Shown here piece after piece: positions 43,602 through 53,099 of a DNA stretch of 64,000 nt (positions within the stretch are counted from its first letter, which is position 1; each line of letters begins with the position of its first letter). Origin of the DNA: Vicinamibacterales bacterium. Its GTDB lineage: Bacteria; Acidobacteriota; Vicinamibacteria; Vicinamibacterales; 2-12-FULL-66-21. A program made the position numbers and the translations under genes. Under the pieces are notes generated by a model that ran no database searches, had not been told where the DNA came from, and saw nothing but the letters and a program-made list of their open reading frames with translations. The stretch lies in NCBI GenBank assembly GCA_035575695.1, contig DATLXP010000016.1, forward strand, positions 8,125 to 72,124. The letters are read 5' to 3'.

Positions 43602-45006
43602 CGTTACTCCGTCCGCGAACTTCGCAATCGATCTCTCCTTCGTGCAGCGTGACGCGGACCCGGTCGCCGGGATTCACGGCCGTTGCGCGGCGGATGATCA
43701 CCGTCCTGTCCCCGTTCCAGCAGACGGCGTACCCGCGGGCGAGCACGGCGAGGGGACTCAGGTTCTCGAGCCGCCCGGCGAGCACGCGGAAGCGGCCGTC
43801 GATGCGCTCGCGCGACCGGATGGCGGCGGCCCCCAGCCGGCCGTCCACGGCCTCCAGCCGTCCACGGATGCCGGCCATCCGGCGTCGCAGGTCGTGCGCC
43901 TCGAGGCGCTCCCGCAGGCCGCGGTACTCGCGGTCCTGGCGCGCGACTCGCGCGAGCATCGCGCGCCTCAGCCCGTGCGTGAGTTCCGCCGCGTGTCGTC
44001 CATGCATGGCGACGCGTGTCGGCCAGCCGCCGAGACCCCGCCGCGCGGTGAGGCTGTGCAGGAGGCCCTGGCGCCGCTGGACGCTGCTGCGTGCGGCGGC
44101 CTGGAGCCGGTGCCCGAGGCGATCGATCCGCTGGCTGAATTCATCTTTTGCCGCGACCACCAGTTCGGCCGCCGCCGATGGCGTCGGCGCCCGCAGGTCC
44201 GCGACGAAATCCGCGATCGTGACATCCACCTCGTGCCCCACGGCGGAAATCACCGGAACGGGGCAGTCGGCGATCGCGCGCGCGACCGCTTCCTCGTTGA
44301 ATGCCCACAGGTCTTCAATCGAGCCGCCGCCGCGTCCGGCAATCACGACATCCACGCCAGGGACCTTCCCGATGGCACGGATCGCACGCGTGATCTCGGC
44401 CGCGGCCCCCTCGCCCTGCACGCGGCTCGGACGGATCACGAGGTGGGCGTTCGGGTGGCGGCGTCGCAAAACCTTGATGATGTCGCGCAGCGCCGCGCCG
44501 TCGAGCGACGTCACGATCCCGATCTTCCTCGGCAGGGCAGGCAGCGGACGCTTGCGCGACGGGTCGAACAACCCTTCCGCGTGCAGTCTCTTTTTCAGCT
44601 GGTCGAAAGCCAGCTGCAGCGCGCCGAGGCCGTGGGGCTCCATGTGCTCGCAGACGAGCTGGTATTCACCCTTGGGCTCGTAGACGCCCAGCCTCCCGCG
44701 CGCGACCACGTGAAGGCCATCGTCCGCCGTGAAGCGGAGGTTCCGCACCGCCATGCGGAACATGACCGCGCGGATCTGCGCGGTGCCGTCCTTCAGCGTG
44801 AAGTACATGTGCCCCGTGTTCCAGACGCGGCAGTTGGAGATCTCTCCCTCGACCCAGACCTCGCCGAGCTGCCCCTCGAGGAGACCGCGTATCTCGGCGG
44901 TCAGTTCAGAGACACTGACGACGCGGCGCCGGGGCTTCGGGTGGGCCTCGCGTGCCTTCTCCGGTTCTGGCGCCTCCTCGAACGGGGTGTCGAAGAGGTC
45001 ACGCAT
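43585..45006 (-). CDS. xseA: Exodeoxyribonuclease VII large subunit
   Basis: Starts at the internal ATG (MRDLFDTP...). VSELTAEIRGLLE...VWVEGEISN, GRGGGS.EDLW. Confidence 0.9.
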   Translation of the reverse strand: MRDLFDTPFEEAPEPEKAREAHPKPRRRVVSVSELTAEIRGLLEGQLGEVWVEGEISNCRVWNTGHMYFTLKDGTAQIRAVMFRMAVRNLRFTADDGLHVVARGRLGVYEPKGEYQLVCEHMEPHGLGALQLAFDQLKKRLHAEGLFDPSRKRPLPALPRKIGIVTSLDGAALRDIIKVLRRRHPNAHLVIRPSRVQGEGAAAEITRAIRAIGKVPGVDVVIAGRGGGSIEDLWAFNEEAVARAIADCPVPVISAVGHEVDVTIADFVADLRAPTPSAAAELVVAAKDEFSQRIDRLGHRLQAAARSSVQRRQGLLHSLTARRGLGGWPTRVAMHGRHAAELTHGLRRAMLARVARQDREYRGLRERLEAHDLRRRMAGIRGRLEAVDGRLGAAAIRSRERIDGRFRVLAGRLENLSPLAVLARGYAVCWNGDRTVIIRRATAVNPGDRVRVTLHEGEIDCEVRGRSNDGIND

Positions 45007-45808
45007 GCTTGGCCAGCGAGTCGACGTCCGCTGCGGACAGGTTGACGCGCTCGATGGCAGTCGCGCGTCCGGTCGCCGCGTCGGCGGTGATGATGATGGC
45101 GTTGATGCGCGCGCCCCCGGTCGCGGCTTCGAACTTCGCCGGCATGCCATTGACGAAACGACCGAGCGCCGCCTCGATCGTGACACCGATGATGGAGTCG
45201 TGCGGTCCGGTCATGCCGACATCCGTGATGTACGCCGTCCCCTTGGGCAGCACGCGCTCGTCGGCTGTCTGCACGTGGGTGTGCGTGCCGAAGATGGCGG
45301 TGACGCGCCCGTCGAGATGCCAGCCCATGGCGACTTTCTCGGACGTGGCTTCTGCGTGAAAGTCGACGATCACGATCCGGGCCTTCGCCTTGGCGGCTTC
45401 GATCTCGCGCAGCACGACGGCGAACGGATCGTCGAGCGGAGACATGAAGACACGGCCCATCACGTTCACGACAGCCGCCGTATCGCCGTGGCGGGTCTGT
45501 CCGATCCAGGTGCCGCGCCCCGGGACCCCGGCGGGAAAGTTTGCCGGCCGCAGCAGTTTCGGCTGGCGGGGGATGTACTCGAGGATCTCCTTCTTGTCCC
45601 AGATGTGATTGCCCGACGTCATGACGTCGACGCCGGCCTTCAGGATCGTCTCGGCGATGTCGCCCGTCACACCGAAGCCGGCCGCGGAGTTCTCGACGTT
45701 GGCGACGACGAGATCGATGTCGCGCGAGGAGACGAGCAGCGGGATGGCGCGTTGCGCGATGTCGCGGCCGGGACGCCCGAAGATGTCACCGATAAAGAGG
45801 ATGCGCAC
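44999..45808 (-). CDS. YmdB-like (TIGR00282-type) metallophosphoesterase
   Basis: 269 aa with a GTG start directly abutting the hsp20 stop. MRILFIGDIFGRPGR, GNH.WD. Confidence 0.88.
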   Translation of the reverse strand: MRILFIGDIFGRPGRDIAQRAIPLLVSSRDIDLVVANVENSAAGFGVTGDIAETILKAGVDVMTSGNHIWDKKEILEYIPRQPKLLRPANFPAGVPGRGTWIGQTRHGDTAAVVNVMGRVFMSPLDDPFAVVLREIEAAKAKARIVIVDFHAEATSEKVAMGWHLDGRVTAIFGTHTHVQTADERVLPKGTAYITDVGMTGPHDSIIGVTIEAALGRFVNGMPAKFEAATGGARINAIIITADAATGRATAIERVNLSAADVDSLAKHA

Positions 45809-46246
45809 TCAGTCGGTCCCGACGGCGATACGGATCTGGCGGCCTCGGCGATCCTCGATCCTGGGAAACGTGATGCGGAGCTCACCGGCTGTCATCGTCG
45901 CTCTCGCGCGTCCCGCGTCGACGGCGCCGGCGAGGCGCACCACGCGCGCGAAACGCCCGAACGTCCGCTCCGCCATGTGGAACGCGGCATCCGCATGCCC
46001 GCAGCTGGCCGGACGTTTTGTGCCGGCGATCAGGGCCGTCCCTCGAGCGAAGACGATCTGCACGGCCTCCAGGGGCACGCCAGGGAGGTCCATGACGATG
46101 TCGATGCTGGCGGCGGATTCACGGACGTCGAGGGGCGGGTTGCACTCTCCCGTGCCCCCTCCAGCCTGCGCCTCGCCGTCGAGCATGTCGAACAGGCGAC
46201 GCAGTTCGTCGTCCATCTCGCGGCGTTCCAGGTAGATGCGGGGCAC
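45809..46246 (-). CDS. Hsp20/alpha-crystallin family small heat-shock protein
   Basis: It has the alpha-crystallin core PPLDVRESAASIDIVMDLPGV...GELRITFPR. The start is uncertain: GTG 46246 or ATG 46216. Confidence 0.8.
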   Translation of the reverse strand: MPRIYLERREMDDELRRLFDMLDGEAQAGGGTGECNPPLDVRESAASIDIVMDLPGVPLEAVQIVFARGTALIAGTKRPASCGHADAAFHMAERTFGRFARVVRLAGAVDAGRARATMTAGELRITFPRIEDRRGRQIRIAVGTD

Positions 46247-46313
46247 GGTCTGATTCTACAGGTTCACGCCCGCGATTTCGTAAAGCGGGCCGTTTCGGCT
46301 ACTCTCTAAGCAC

Positions 46314-46583
46314 ATGGCGCACAACGACAAGCAGGAATCCACGGGCGGCGCCGACACGGCGGCTCTCGCACCCTCCATCACGAGCCGCTTTCTGTTCGTC
46401 GATGTGGCGGCACAGCGGGCCAAGCAGCTGCGGCGCGGCGCGCTCGCGCGTCTCGAACACCCCGTGGCAGGTCCCCACAAGCTCGAGCGGGTTGCGATGG
46501 AAGAGGTCCGCAGCGGACTGATCCAGTACACGCTGCCGATCGCTCCCGAAGCCGGATGGGGCCGGGGCCTCTACCAGCCCTGA
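46314..46583 (+). CDS. rpoZ: DNA-directed RNA polymerase subunit omega
   Basis: 89 aa. SRFLFVDVAAQRAKQLRRGA. Confidence 0.8.
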   Translation: MAHNDKQESTGGADTAALAPSITSRFLFVDVAAQRAKQLRRGALARLEHPVAGPHKLERVAMEEVRSGLIQYTLPIAPEAGWGRGLYQP

Positions 46584-46671
46584 GCCGTCTCCCGCTCCTT
46601 CCCTCAGGAACTTCCTCCGGCTGCGCATCGTAATCTCGCCCTAGGTGCGTCTGACGCGCCGGGGAGTGAGG

Positions 46672-47028
46672 ATGCTGGAACTCGCCGCGATCGTCGTCAT
46701 TGTCTTCCTGGTCTGGATCGCGCTCGCCATCGCCGCGATGGTCCTCAAGCTCGCCATCTCGCTCATCCTTCTGCCCTTCAAACTGCTGATGGGCGTGCTG
46801 CTGCTGCCGCTCCTGCTGCTCAAGGCGTTTGTCGGCGGCATCGTCATGCTCATCCTGCTGCCTGTCGCGGCCATCGTCGCGGTTGCTGGACTCATCGCGC
46901 TCTCGCTGGCGTTGATCGTTCCGCTTCTGCCGGTGGCGTTCGTATGCGTTGTGATCTGGTTCCTTGTGCGCACGACGCGCACGACGCGCACGACGCGCAC
47001 GACGACACGACCAGCCCTGGCGCCGTAG
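46672..47028 (+). CDS. Small very hydrophobic membrane protein with an (RTT)4 C-terminal repeat
   Basis: The ATG is preceded by GGAGTGAGG. There are 3-4 predicted TM helices. I recognised no family. Confidence 0.5.
   Translation: MLELAAIVVIVFLVWIALAIAAMVLKLAISLILLPFKLLMGVLLLPLLLLKAFVGGIVMLILLPVAAIVAVAGLIALSLALIVPLLPVAFVCVVIWFLVRTTRTTRTTRTTTRPALAP
46969..47004 (+). repeat. Perfect 9-nt tandem repeat (CGCACGACG) x4 inside the CDS
   Basis: Read directly. It encodes RTTRTTRTTRTT, and a degenerate fifth unit follows. Confidence 0.9.
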
Positions 47029-47040
47029 CGGACGCCGACC

Positions 47041-48486
47041 TCAGACGGCCGTCGGGGGCAGCTGCAGGTGCCACGCCGTGCGTCGCTCGTATTCGGCGCC
47101 AACGCGCAACAGCATCGCTTCGTCCCACGCGCGCCCGGTCAGCTGAAGCCCCACGGGCAGTGCATCCGCGAAACCACACGGCACACTGAGCGCGGGCAAT
47201 CCCGACAGGTTGGCGCTGGTGGTGAAGATGTCGGCCAGGTACATCTGCAACGGGTCTTCTATCCGCGCGCCGAGCGGGAAGGCGGTGGTGGGACTCGTCG
47301 GCGTCGCGATCACATCGACGGCCTCGAAGGCACGATCGTAGTCCTGGCGGAGGAGCGCGCGCACCCGCTGCGCCCGCACGTAATACGCATCGTAGTACCC
47401 GCCGCTCAGGACGTACGTGCCCAGCATCAGCCGCCGCTTCACCTCGCGGCCGAACAGGGCGCGCGTGCGCAGGTACATCCCGTTCAGGGTGTCGGCGTCC
47501 CCGCGTGGACCGAACCGGACGCCGTCGTAGCGTCCCAGGTTGGAGCTCGCTTCAGCCATCGCGACGATCGCGTATGTGGGGGTCGCGTAGCGGGCGTGTG
47601 GCAGGTCGATGTCGAGGATGGACGCACCGGCCGCCCGCAACACCTCCAGTGACACATCGAAGGCATCCCGCACACCCGGGTCGACGCCGTCGCTCAGAAA
47701 GTCGCGCGGCACGCCGACACGCAGCCCGGTGATGCCGTCGTCGAGCGTGGCCGCGTAGTCCGGCGGAGCCTCAGTCAGGCACGTCGAGTCGCGGTGATCA
47801 GGCCCCGCCAGGACCTGCAGCAACGCCGCGAGGTCGGCGATGTTGGTGGCAAACGGGCCGACCTGATCCATCGACGAACTGAAGGCGATCAGCCCGTAGC
47901 GGGAGATCCGTCCGTATGTCGGCTTCAGGCCGCTCACCCCGCACAGCGCCGCCGGCTGACGCACGGAGCCACCGGTCTCTGATCCGAGCGCGAGCGGCGT
48001 CATCCGCGTCGCGACAGCCACGGCTGACCCGCCACTCGATCCCCCCGGCGTCCTGTCAGGCGACCAGGGATTGCGGGACGGGCCAAACGCGGAGTGTTCC
48101 GTGGACGACCCCATGGCGAACTCGTCGCAATTCGTCTTGCCGACGACGATCGCCCCGGCGTTCTCGAGCCGCTCGATGACGGCTGCGTCGTACGGCGGCT
48201 CGTAGCCGTCGAGCACCCGTGAGCCCGCTGTCGTGCGGATTCCGCGGGTGCAGATATTGTCTTTCACGGCAATCGGGACGCCGAGGAGCGGCAGTGCAGG
48301 GCGGTCGGCCGACGCGTCGAGCCTGACCGCGCGTTCCAGTGCACGGTCAGCGGCCACGGTGATGAAGGCGTTCAGCGCAGGATTCAGTGCGGAGATTCTC
48401 TCGAGCGAGGCCCGACAGAGCTCGACCGCGGACAGCGCGCGGGTGGAGACGGCGCGGCGTATCTCATGCGCGTCGGGCAGGGTCAT
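47041..48486 (-). CDS. gatA: Asp-tRNA(Asn)/Glu-tRNA(Gln) amidotransferase subunit A
   Basis: The start at the internal ATG overlaps the gatC stop (ATGA). Amidase signature GGSSGGSA. Confidence 0.92.
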   Translation of the reverse strand: MTLPDAHEIRRAVSTRALSAVELCRASLERISALNPALNAFITVAADRALERAVRLDASADRPALPLLGVPIAVKDNICTRGIRTTAGSRVLDGYEPPYDAAVIERLENAGAIVVGKTNCDEFAMGSSTEHSAFGPSRNPWSPDRTPGGSSGGSAVAVATRMTPLALGSETGGSVRQPAALCGVSGLKPTYGRISRYGLIAFSSSMDQVGPFATNIADLAALLQVLAGPDHRDSTCLTEAPPDYAATLDDGITGLRVGVPRDFLSDGVDPGVRDAFDVSLEVLRAAGASILDIDLPHARYATPTYAIVAMAEASSNLGRYDGVRFGPRGDADTLNGMYLRTRALFGREVKRRLMLGTYVLSGGYYDAYYVRAQRVRALLRQDYDRAFEAVDVIATPTSPTTAFPLGARIEDPLQMYLADIFTTSANLSGLPALSVPCGFADALPVGLQLTGRAWDEAMLLRVGAEYERRTAWHLQLPPTAV

Positions 48487-48794
48487 CCGTTGAGGACCCG
48501 CGGCACGGTGAACACGCCGGTTGCGCGATCGGCGTCGGCGGAGGCGGCCAGCACCGTCGTCTGGTCGAGAGAGGGCTGGAGCGTATCCTCGCGCCATGCC
48601 GACTGCGGCTCGAGCATCGCCCCTGGGACGGTATTTGCAGGAGTCGCAGCCGTGAGATCGACGCGCTCCACCTCCGTGGCAAACGCCAGGACGTCACCGA
48701 GCTGCCGTGCGAAGGCGTCGGTTTCGTCAGGCGTCAGCTCGAGCCGCGCGAGCGCCGCAAGGCGCCGCACATCATCAACCGTGAACGCGGACAT
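48483..48794 (-). CDS. gatC: Asp-tRNA(Asn)/Glu-tRNA(Gln) amidotransferase subunit C
   Basis: Starts at the internal ATG. VRRLAALARLELTPDE...WREDT. Confidence 0.85.
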   Translation of the reverse strand: MSAFTVDDVRRLAALARLELTPDETDAFARQLGDVLAFATEVERVDLTAATPANTVPGAMLEPQSAWREDTLQPSLDQTTVLAASADADRATGVFTVPRVLNG

Positions 48795-48813
48795 GCAGGC
48801 AGAATACCCGTAA

Positions 48814-49683
48814 ATGCCGTCCACACGGGGGCGCGACATAGCGAACAGACCAGCGGCCGTCGCAGGGACGTGGTATCCGGGGAGCGCGGAGGCGCTGTCG
48901 AGAGAGGTCGACGCCTATCTCGCTGCGGCGGAGGTGCCGCCGGGCGCGCACGTCGCTGCTGTCATCGCACCCCATGCCGGCCTGATGTTCTCGGGCGGCA
49001 CTGGCGCGTATGCATACAAGGCGGCCGCGCGTGGTTCCTACGACGTGGCATTTGTGATCGGCCCTTCGCACTTCGTCAGCTTCGACGGCATTGCGGTGTG
49101 GCCGACCGGCGCCTTCGACTCCCCGTTGGGGCCGGCGGTCGTGGATGAAGCCGCGGCCTCCGAGATCCTGGCCGATCCGGTCGCTCACGTGACGCCTCGC
49201 GCGCACGATCGGGAGCATTCGATCGAGATGCAACTGCCCTTTCTCCGTCGCGTGTTTCCCGAGATGCCTATCGTACCGATGTTGATGGGCTTCCAGCAGC
49301 GCGAGACGATCGACGCGACCGCGGCCGCGATCGCGCGCGCCGCCCACGGTAAACGGGCGCTGCTGATCGCCAGCACGGACCTTTCGCACTTCTTCAACGC
49401 CGCGCGGGCGGCCGCGCTCGACGCGCGTGTCCAGGGATTCGTGCGCGCGTTCGATCCTGAGGGGCTGCTCGCTCTGTTCGAGCAGTATCCCGAGCACGAG
49501 CGCGGACGCTATGTCGCGTGCGGCGGCGGCCCGGCCATCGCCGTCATGAAAGCGGCGCGTGCCCTGGGCGCGACCTCGGGCCGGGTGCTGAAGTACGCGC
49601 ATTCCGGCGACCGCTCCGGCGACAACGACCGCGTCGTCGGGTATCTCGCGGCCGCGTTTGGTCGGGTGGCGGATGCTCACTGA
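48814..49683 (+). CDS. MEMO1-family protein (AmmeMemoRadiSam system protein B)
   Basis: 289 aa. AGTWYPG, VIAPHAGLMFSG, STDLSH. Confidence 0.85.
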   Translation: MPSTRGRDIANRPAAVAGTWYPGSAEALSREVDAYLAAAEVPPGAHVAAVIAPHAGLMFSGGTGAYAYKAAARGSYDVAFVIGPSHFVSFDGIAVWPTGAFDSPLGPAVVDEAAASEILADPVAHVTPRAHDREHSIEMQLPFLRRVFPEMPIVPMLMGFQQRETIDATAAAIARAAHGKRALLIASTDLSHFFNAARAAALDARVQGFVRAFDPEGLLALFEQYPEHERGRYVACGGGPAIAVMKAARALGATSGRVLKYAHSGDRSGDNDRVVGYLAAAFGRVADAH

Positions 49684-50212
49684 CGCCCGGAAGGCTGAGC
49701 TCTTGCGTCTCGCCCGCGAGTCGATGACCGCGCAGGTGCTCGGCCGCACGCCCGCGACGGCCGAGCAACCGCTCGAGGTGGCTGACGCGTCAGGCGTCTT
49801 CGTCACGATCAAGCGCCGCGGCGAGCTGCGAGGATGCCTGGGCACCCTAGAATGCCGCGGTAGTCTCGCGGAGGACGTGGCACGCTGCGCGCGCGACTCC
49901 GCGAGCAGGGATCCCCGCTTCCCGCCGATCACGCGCGGGGAACTGCCGGATCTCTCGATTGAAATTTCAGTCCTTGGTCCTCTCGAGCTCGTCGATCCAG
50001 AGCAACCGGGCGCCGTGGTCATTGGCCGCCATGGCCTCGTGGTCGAGGTCGGCTCGTCTCGCGGGCTGCTGCTGCCGCAGGTCGCGGGAGAGCGGTCGTG
50101 GACCGTGGGGGAGTTCCTGGAGCACACGTGCCGCAAGGCGGGGCTGCCGCCGCATGCCTGGAAGCATGGTGCGCGCGTCTTCCGTTTCGACGCAGACGTG
50201 TTCGGCGACTGA
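49673..50212 (+). CDS. AMMECR1-domain protein (AmmeMemoRadiSam system protein A)
   Basis: GVFVTIKRRGELRGCLG, DPRFPP. Start is ATG 49673 or TTG 49658. Confidence 0.85.
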   Translation: MLTDARKAELLRLARESMTAQVLGRTPATAEQPLEVADASGVFVTIKRRGELRGCLGTLECRGSLAEDVARCARDSASRDPRFPPITRGELPDLSIEISVLGPLELVDPEQPGAVVIGRHGLVVEVGSSRGLLLPQVAGERSWTVGEFLEHTCRKAGLPPHAWKHGARVFRFDADVFGD

Positions 50213-51093
50213 TGCCGCGACTCGGGGCGCACATGTCGATCGCCGGCGGGCTGCCGCGCGCCGTGGACCGGGCGAAGGCTGCACGCTGCCAGTCCCTGCA
50301 GATCTTCACGAAGTCCGCCGGGCAGTGGCGCGCCCGCCCCCTGCCTCCCGAAGAAGTCGCGCTGTTCCGGATGCGGGTGGCTGAGACCGGCATCCACCCG
50401 GTCGTTGCTCACAACAGTTATCTCATCAACCTGGCGTCCGCAATCCCCCTGCTGAGGGAGCAATCGATCCTCGCGCTCGGCGATGAGATCGACCGCGCGG
50501 AATCACTCGGCCTCGACGGCCTGGTGATGCATCCGGGCTCCCACACGACCGGCACCGAGCAGGACGGCCTGCGACTGATCGCCGAAGGGCTGGCGCGATT
50601 GCTCGCGGAGCGCCCCGGGGGCCGCACGACGATCCTGCTCGAGCACACCGCGGGGCAGGGCACCAATCTCGGCCACCGATTCGAGCATCTTGCCGAGATC
50701 ATCGAGCGCCTCGGTGGCACGCCGCGCGTGGGTGTCTGTCTCGACACGTGCCACCTGCTCGCCGCCGGTTACGACATCAGCACGGAGGACGGCTATGCGG
50801 GCACGTTCCTCGAGTTCGATCGCCTCGTGGGGCTCGCACGGATCAGGGCCTTCCATCTCAATGATTCGAAAAAGCCCTGCGGCAGTCGCGTGGACCGGCA
50901 CGAGCACATCGGCAAGGGATGCATCGGGCTCGAGCCGTTCAGGCGGCTGGTGAACGACCCTCGGTTTCACGACCTGCCGATGCTGCTCGAGACCCCGAAG
51001 CTCGAGACCCCTGAGAGCCGTCGCAGGAGCGATCTGGACCCGTGGGATGCACGAAATCTCCGGACGCTTCGACGCCTGATCGCGAAGGTATAG
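50212..51093 (+). CDS. nfo: Deoxyribonuclease IV (endonuclease IV)
   Basis: The start at the internal ATG overlaps the upstream TGA. LGAHMSIAGG, LLEHTAGQG, CLDTCH, HLNDS. Confidence 0.92.
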   Translation: MPRLGAHMSIAGGLPRAVDRAKAARCQSLQIFTKSAGQWRARPLPPEEVALFRMRVAETGIHPVVAHNSYLINLASAIPLLREQSILALGDEIDRAESLGLDGLVMHPGSHTTGTEQDGLRLIAEGLARLLAERPGGRTTILLEHTAGQGTNLGHRFEHLAEIIERLGGTPRVGVCLDTCHLLAAGYDISTEDGYAGTFLEFDRLVGLARIRAFHLNDSKKPCGSRVDRHEHIGKGCIGLEPFRRLVNDPRFHDLPMLLETPKLETPESRRRSDLDPWDARNLRTLRRLIAKV

Positions 51094-51101
51094 TACGCCT
51101 C

Positions 51102-51986
51102 ATGCGCAATCGTGTCGTGGTCGGATGCCTTGTCGCCGTCGCCGTCTTCGGCGCCCCGCTCCGGGCCGAGGCCTGGGGATTCGAGGCGCACAAATACATC
51201 ATGGCGCGCGCGATCGCGCTGCTGCCGGCGCCGTTGCGTCCGTTCTTCGAGGCGCACCGCGCGTTCATCATCGAACGCGCGATCGATCCGGACCTCTGGC
51301 GAACGGCTGGATGGGAACAGGAAGCGCCGCGCCACTTCGTCGACATGGACGCCTTCGGGACGTATCCATTCGAAGCCCTGCCGCACGACTACGACGAGGC
51401 GGTCAAGAAGTTCGGCAAGGAGTTCGTCGACAAGAACGGCACGCTCCCGTGGCGCACCGAGGAGATCCACAAGAAGCTCGTCGAAGCGTTTCAGCAGCGC
51501 GCCGGCTACTCGCGCGACAACATCAAGTTCTTCTCGGCCGTGATTGCCCACTACGTCGGGGACGCGCACGTGCCGTTTCATGCGGCGCTCAACTACGACG
51601 GCCAGCTCACCGGGCAGTGGGGCATCCATTCGAGATTCGAGTCGGAGCTGTTCGAGCGCTACCGCGGGCGCCTCCGGGTGAATCCCAGGCCGGTGTCTCC
51701 GGTGGCCAGCCCGCGCGAATTGATCTTCGCCTCGCTGACGTCCGGCTTCCCCTATGTCCAGCAGATCCTCGATGCCGACAAAGCCGCCACCGCTGGCCGC
51801 GATGTCTTTGATGATGGGTATTTCGTGATGATGTTCGACAGGACGCGACCCATCCTCGAAGCACGGCTCGCCGAATCGATTACCGACGTGGCGTCAGTCA
51901 TCACGTCGGCCTGGATCGAGGCAGGGCGGCCGCCAGTCCCGGTGCGGGCGCCCGCTCGCGCCCCCCGGCCGGTCCGTCGTCAGTAA
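51102..51986 (+). CDS. S1/P1-type zinc nuclease-like secreted protein
   Basis: A signal peptide is followed by the mature N-terminus WGFEAH. It has the HYVGDAHVPFH motif typical of S1/P1 nucleases. Confidence 0.7.
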   Translation: MRNRVVVGCLVAVAVFGAPLRAEAWGFEAHKYIMARAIALLPAPLRPFFEAHRAFIIERAIDPDLWRTAGWEQEAPRHFVDMDAFGTYPFEALPHDYDEAVKKFGKEFVDKNGTLPWRTEEIHKKLVEAFQQRAGYSRDNIKFFSAVIAHYVGDAHVPFHAALNYDGQLTGQWGIHSRFESELFERYRGRLRVNPRPVSPVASPRELIFASLTSGFPYVQQILDADKAATAGRDVFDDGYFVMMFDRTRPILEARLAESITDVASVITSAWIEAGRPPVPVRAPARAPRPVRRQ

Positions 51987-52120
51987 CGCGCGATTCCTGA
52001 CGCGACCACGTTCAAAATCAGACACGCGCCCGAAAGATCAGCATTTTGGGAGCGTTGACACTGGCATCCCGTTTGCAGAACCAGCTCTGCCGCCATGACG
52101 GCGGTGGGAGGACGGACTGC

Positions 52121-52267
52121 ATGCTGTGGACTATCGTCGTTGTGTTGCTGGTACTTTGGCTTCTGGGTTTCTCGATGAAGGTCGGCGGCGGGCTGATTCA
52201 CGCGCTGCTTGTGATCGCGCTCGTGGTCGTTGTTTACCGCCTGCTCACCGGACGTCGTCCCGTCTAG
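52121..52267 (+). CDS. lmo0937-family small membrane protein
   Basis: 48 aa: MLWTIVVVLLVLWLLGF...GGLIHALLVIALVVVVYRLLTGRR. A GGGAGGA SD lies 8 nt upstream. Confidence 0.7.
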   Translation: MLWTIVVVLLVLWLLGFSMKVGGGLIHALLVIALVVVVYRLLTGRRPV

Positions 52268-52283
52268 TCGTCGGCCGTCGCTC

Positions 52284-52316
52284 GTTGTCGCCGTCCGGGT
52301 GCCGGACGGCGACAAC
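52284..52316 (+). terminator. Perfect 15-bp GC-rich hairpin after the small membrane protein gene
   Basis: GTTGTCGCCGTCCGG-gtg-CCGGACGGCGACAAC, followed by TAATCT. Confidence 0.6.
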
Positions 52317-52346
52317 TAATCTACCGGTGCCGTCGTAGATCTCCGC

Positions 52347-53084
52347 ATGAACGTGTTTCTGGTTCCGTTGGGCCCGCTCGAGGCTGTCAGCTACGAGCTG
52401 TACACCGAAGACGCCGACGAGCCAGAGGACACCCCCATCGAAGAACCGCTGCCGGCGGCGTTCTTCGCGCGCCTGTGGTTTCGCCTCTCGCCCGTACGTC
52501 TGTTTGCCCGCCTGAAGATCAAATTCACCCAGATGCTGGCCGCCGCCGAGCAGGAGCGCCGTCGCGATGCGGTCTCCCGTGCGGGGGAGGGCTGGGTGGC
52601 GCGAATGAAGAGTCGCGCCATGCGCTGGGTCGCCGAGGCGATTGCCGAGCAGCGCCTGCTCTGGAACCTCCGGAAGGTCGAGACCGCGTGCCTGCTCTAT
52701 CCGACCGATATGGAGCAAGGGGCCGCTGTCGACGTGCTCCGCAAGCAGCTTGCGACCGACTTCGACAAGCATCGCCTCTGGCTGGCGATCGATTCGGTGC
52801 TGCTGGTGGTCTCCGCGGCATTGATCCTCGTCCCCGGCCCCAACGTCGCCGGCTACTATTTCGCGTTCCGAACCGTCGGACACTACTTTTCCGTGCGCGG
52901 CGCGCGCAACGGCCTGAACTTTGTGACGTGGTCCTACGAGGCCAGCCCCCTGCTCGCGGAGCTCCGGGGATTAGCGCTCCTTGATCCGGCCGTTCGGCTC
53001 GAGCGGGTGGAGCAGGTGGCCACGGCCCTCGAGCTCGATCACTTCGCGACCTTCTTCCAGCGCGTGAGCCTCCGCACCCCCTAG
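52347..53084 (+). CDS. Hypothetical membrane-associated protein
   Basis: 245 aa with an acidic N-terminus and a central hydrophobic helix pair. I recognised no family. Confidence 0.5.
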   Translation: MNVFLVPLGPLEAVSYELYTEDADEPEDTPIEEPLPAAFFARLWFRLSPVRLFARLKIKFTQMLAAAEQERRRDAVSRAGEGWVARMKSRAMRWVAEAIAEQRLLWNLRKVETACLLYPTDMEQGAAVDVLRKQLATDFDKHRLWLAIDSVLLVVSAALILVPGPNVAGYYFAFRTVGHYFSVRGARNGLNFVTWSYEASPLLAELRGLALLDPAVRLERVEQVATALELDHFATFFQRVSLRTP

Positions 53085-53099
53085 CGTTATACTTTCGCG

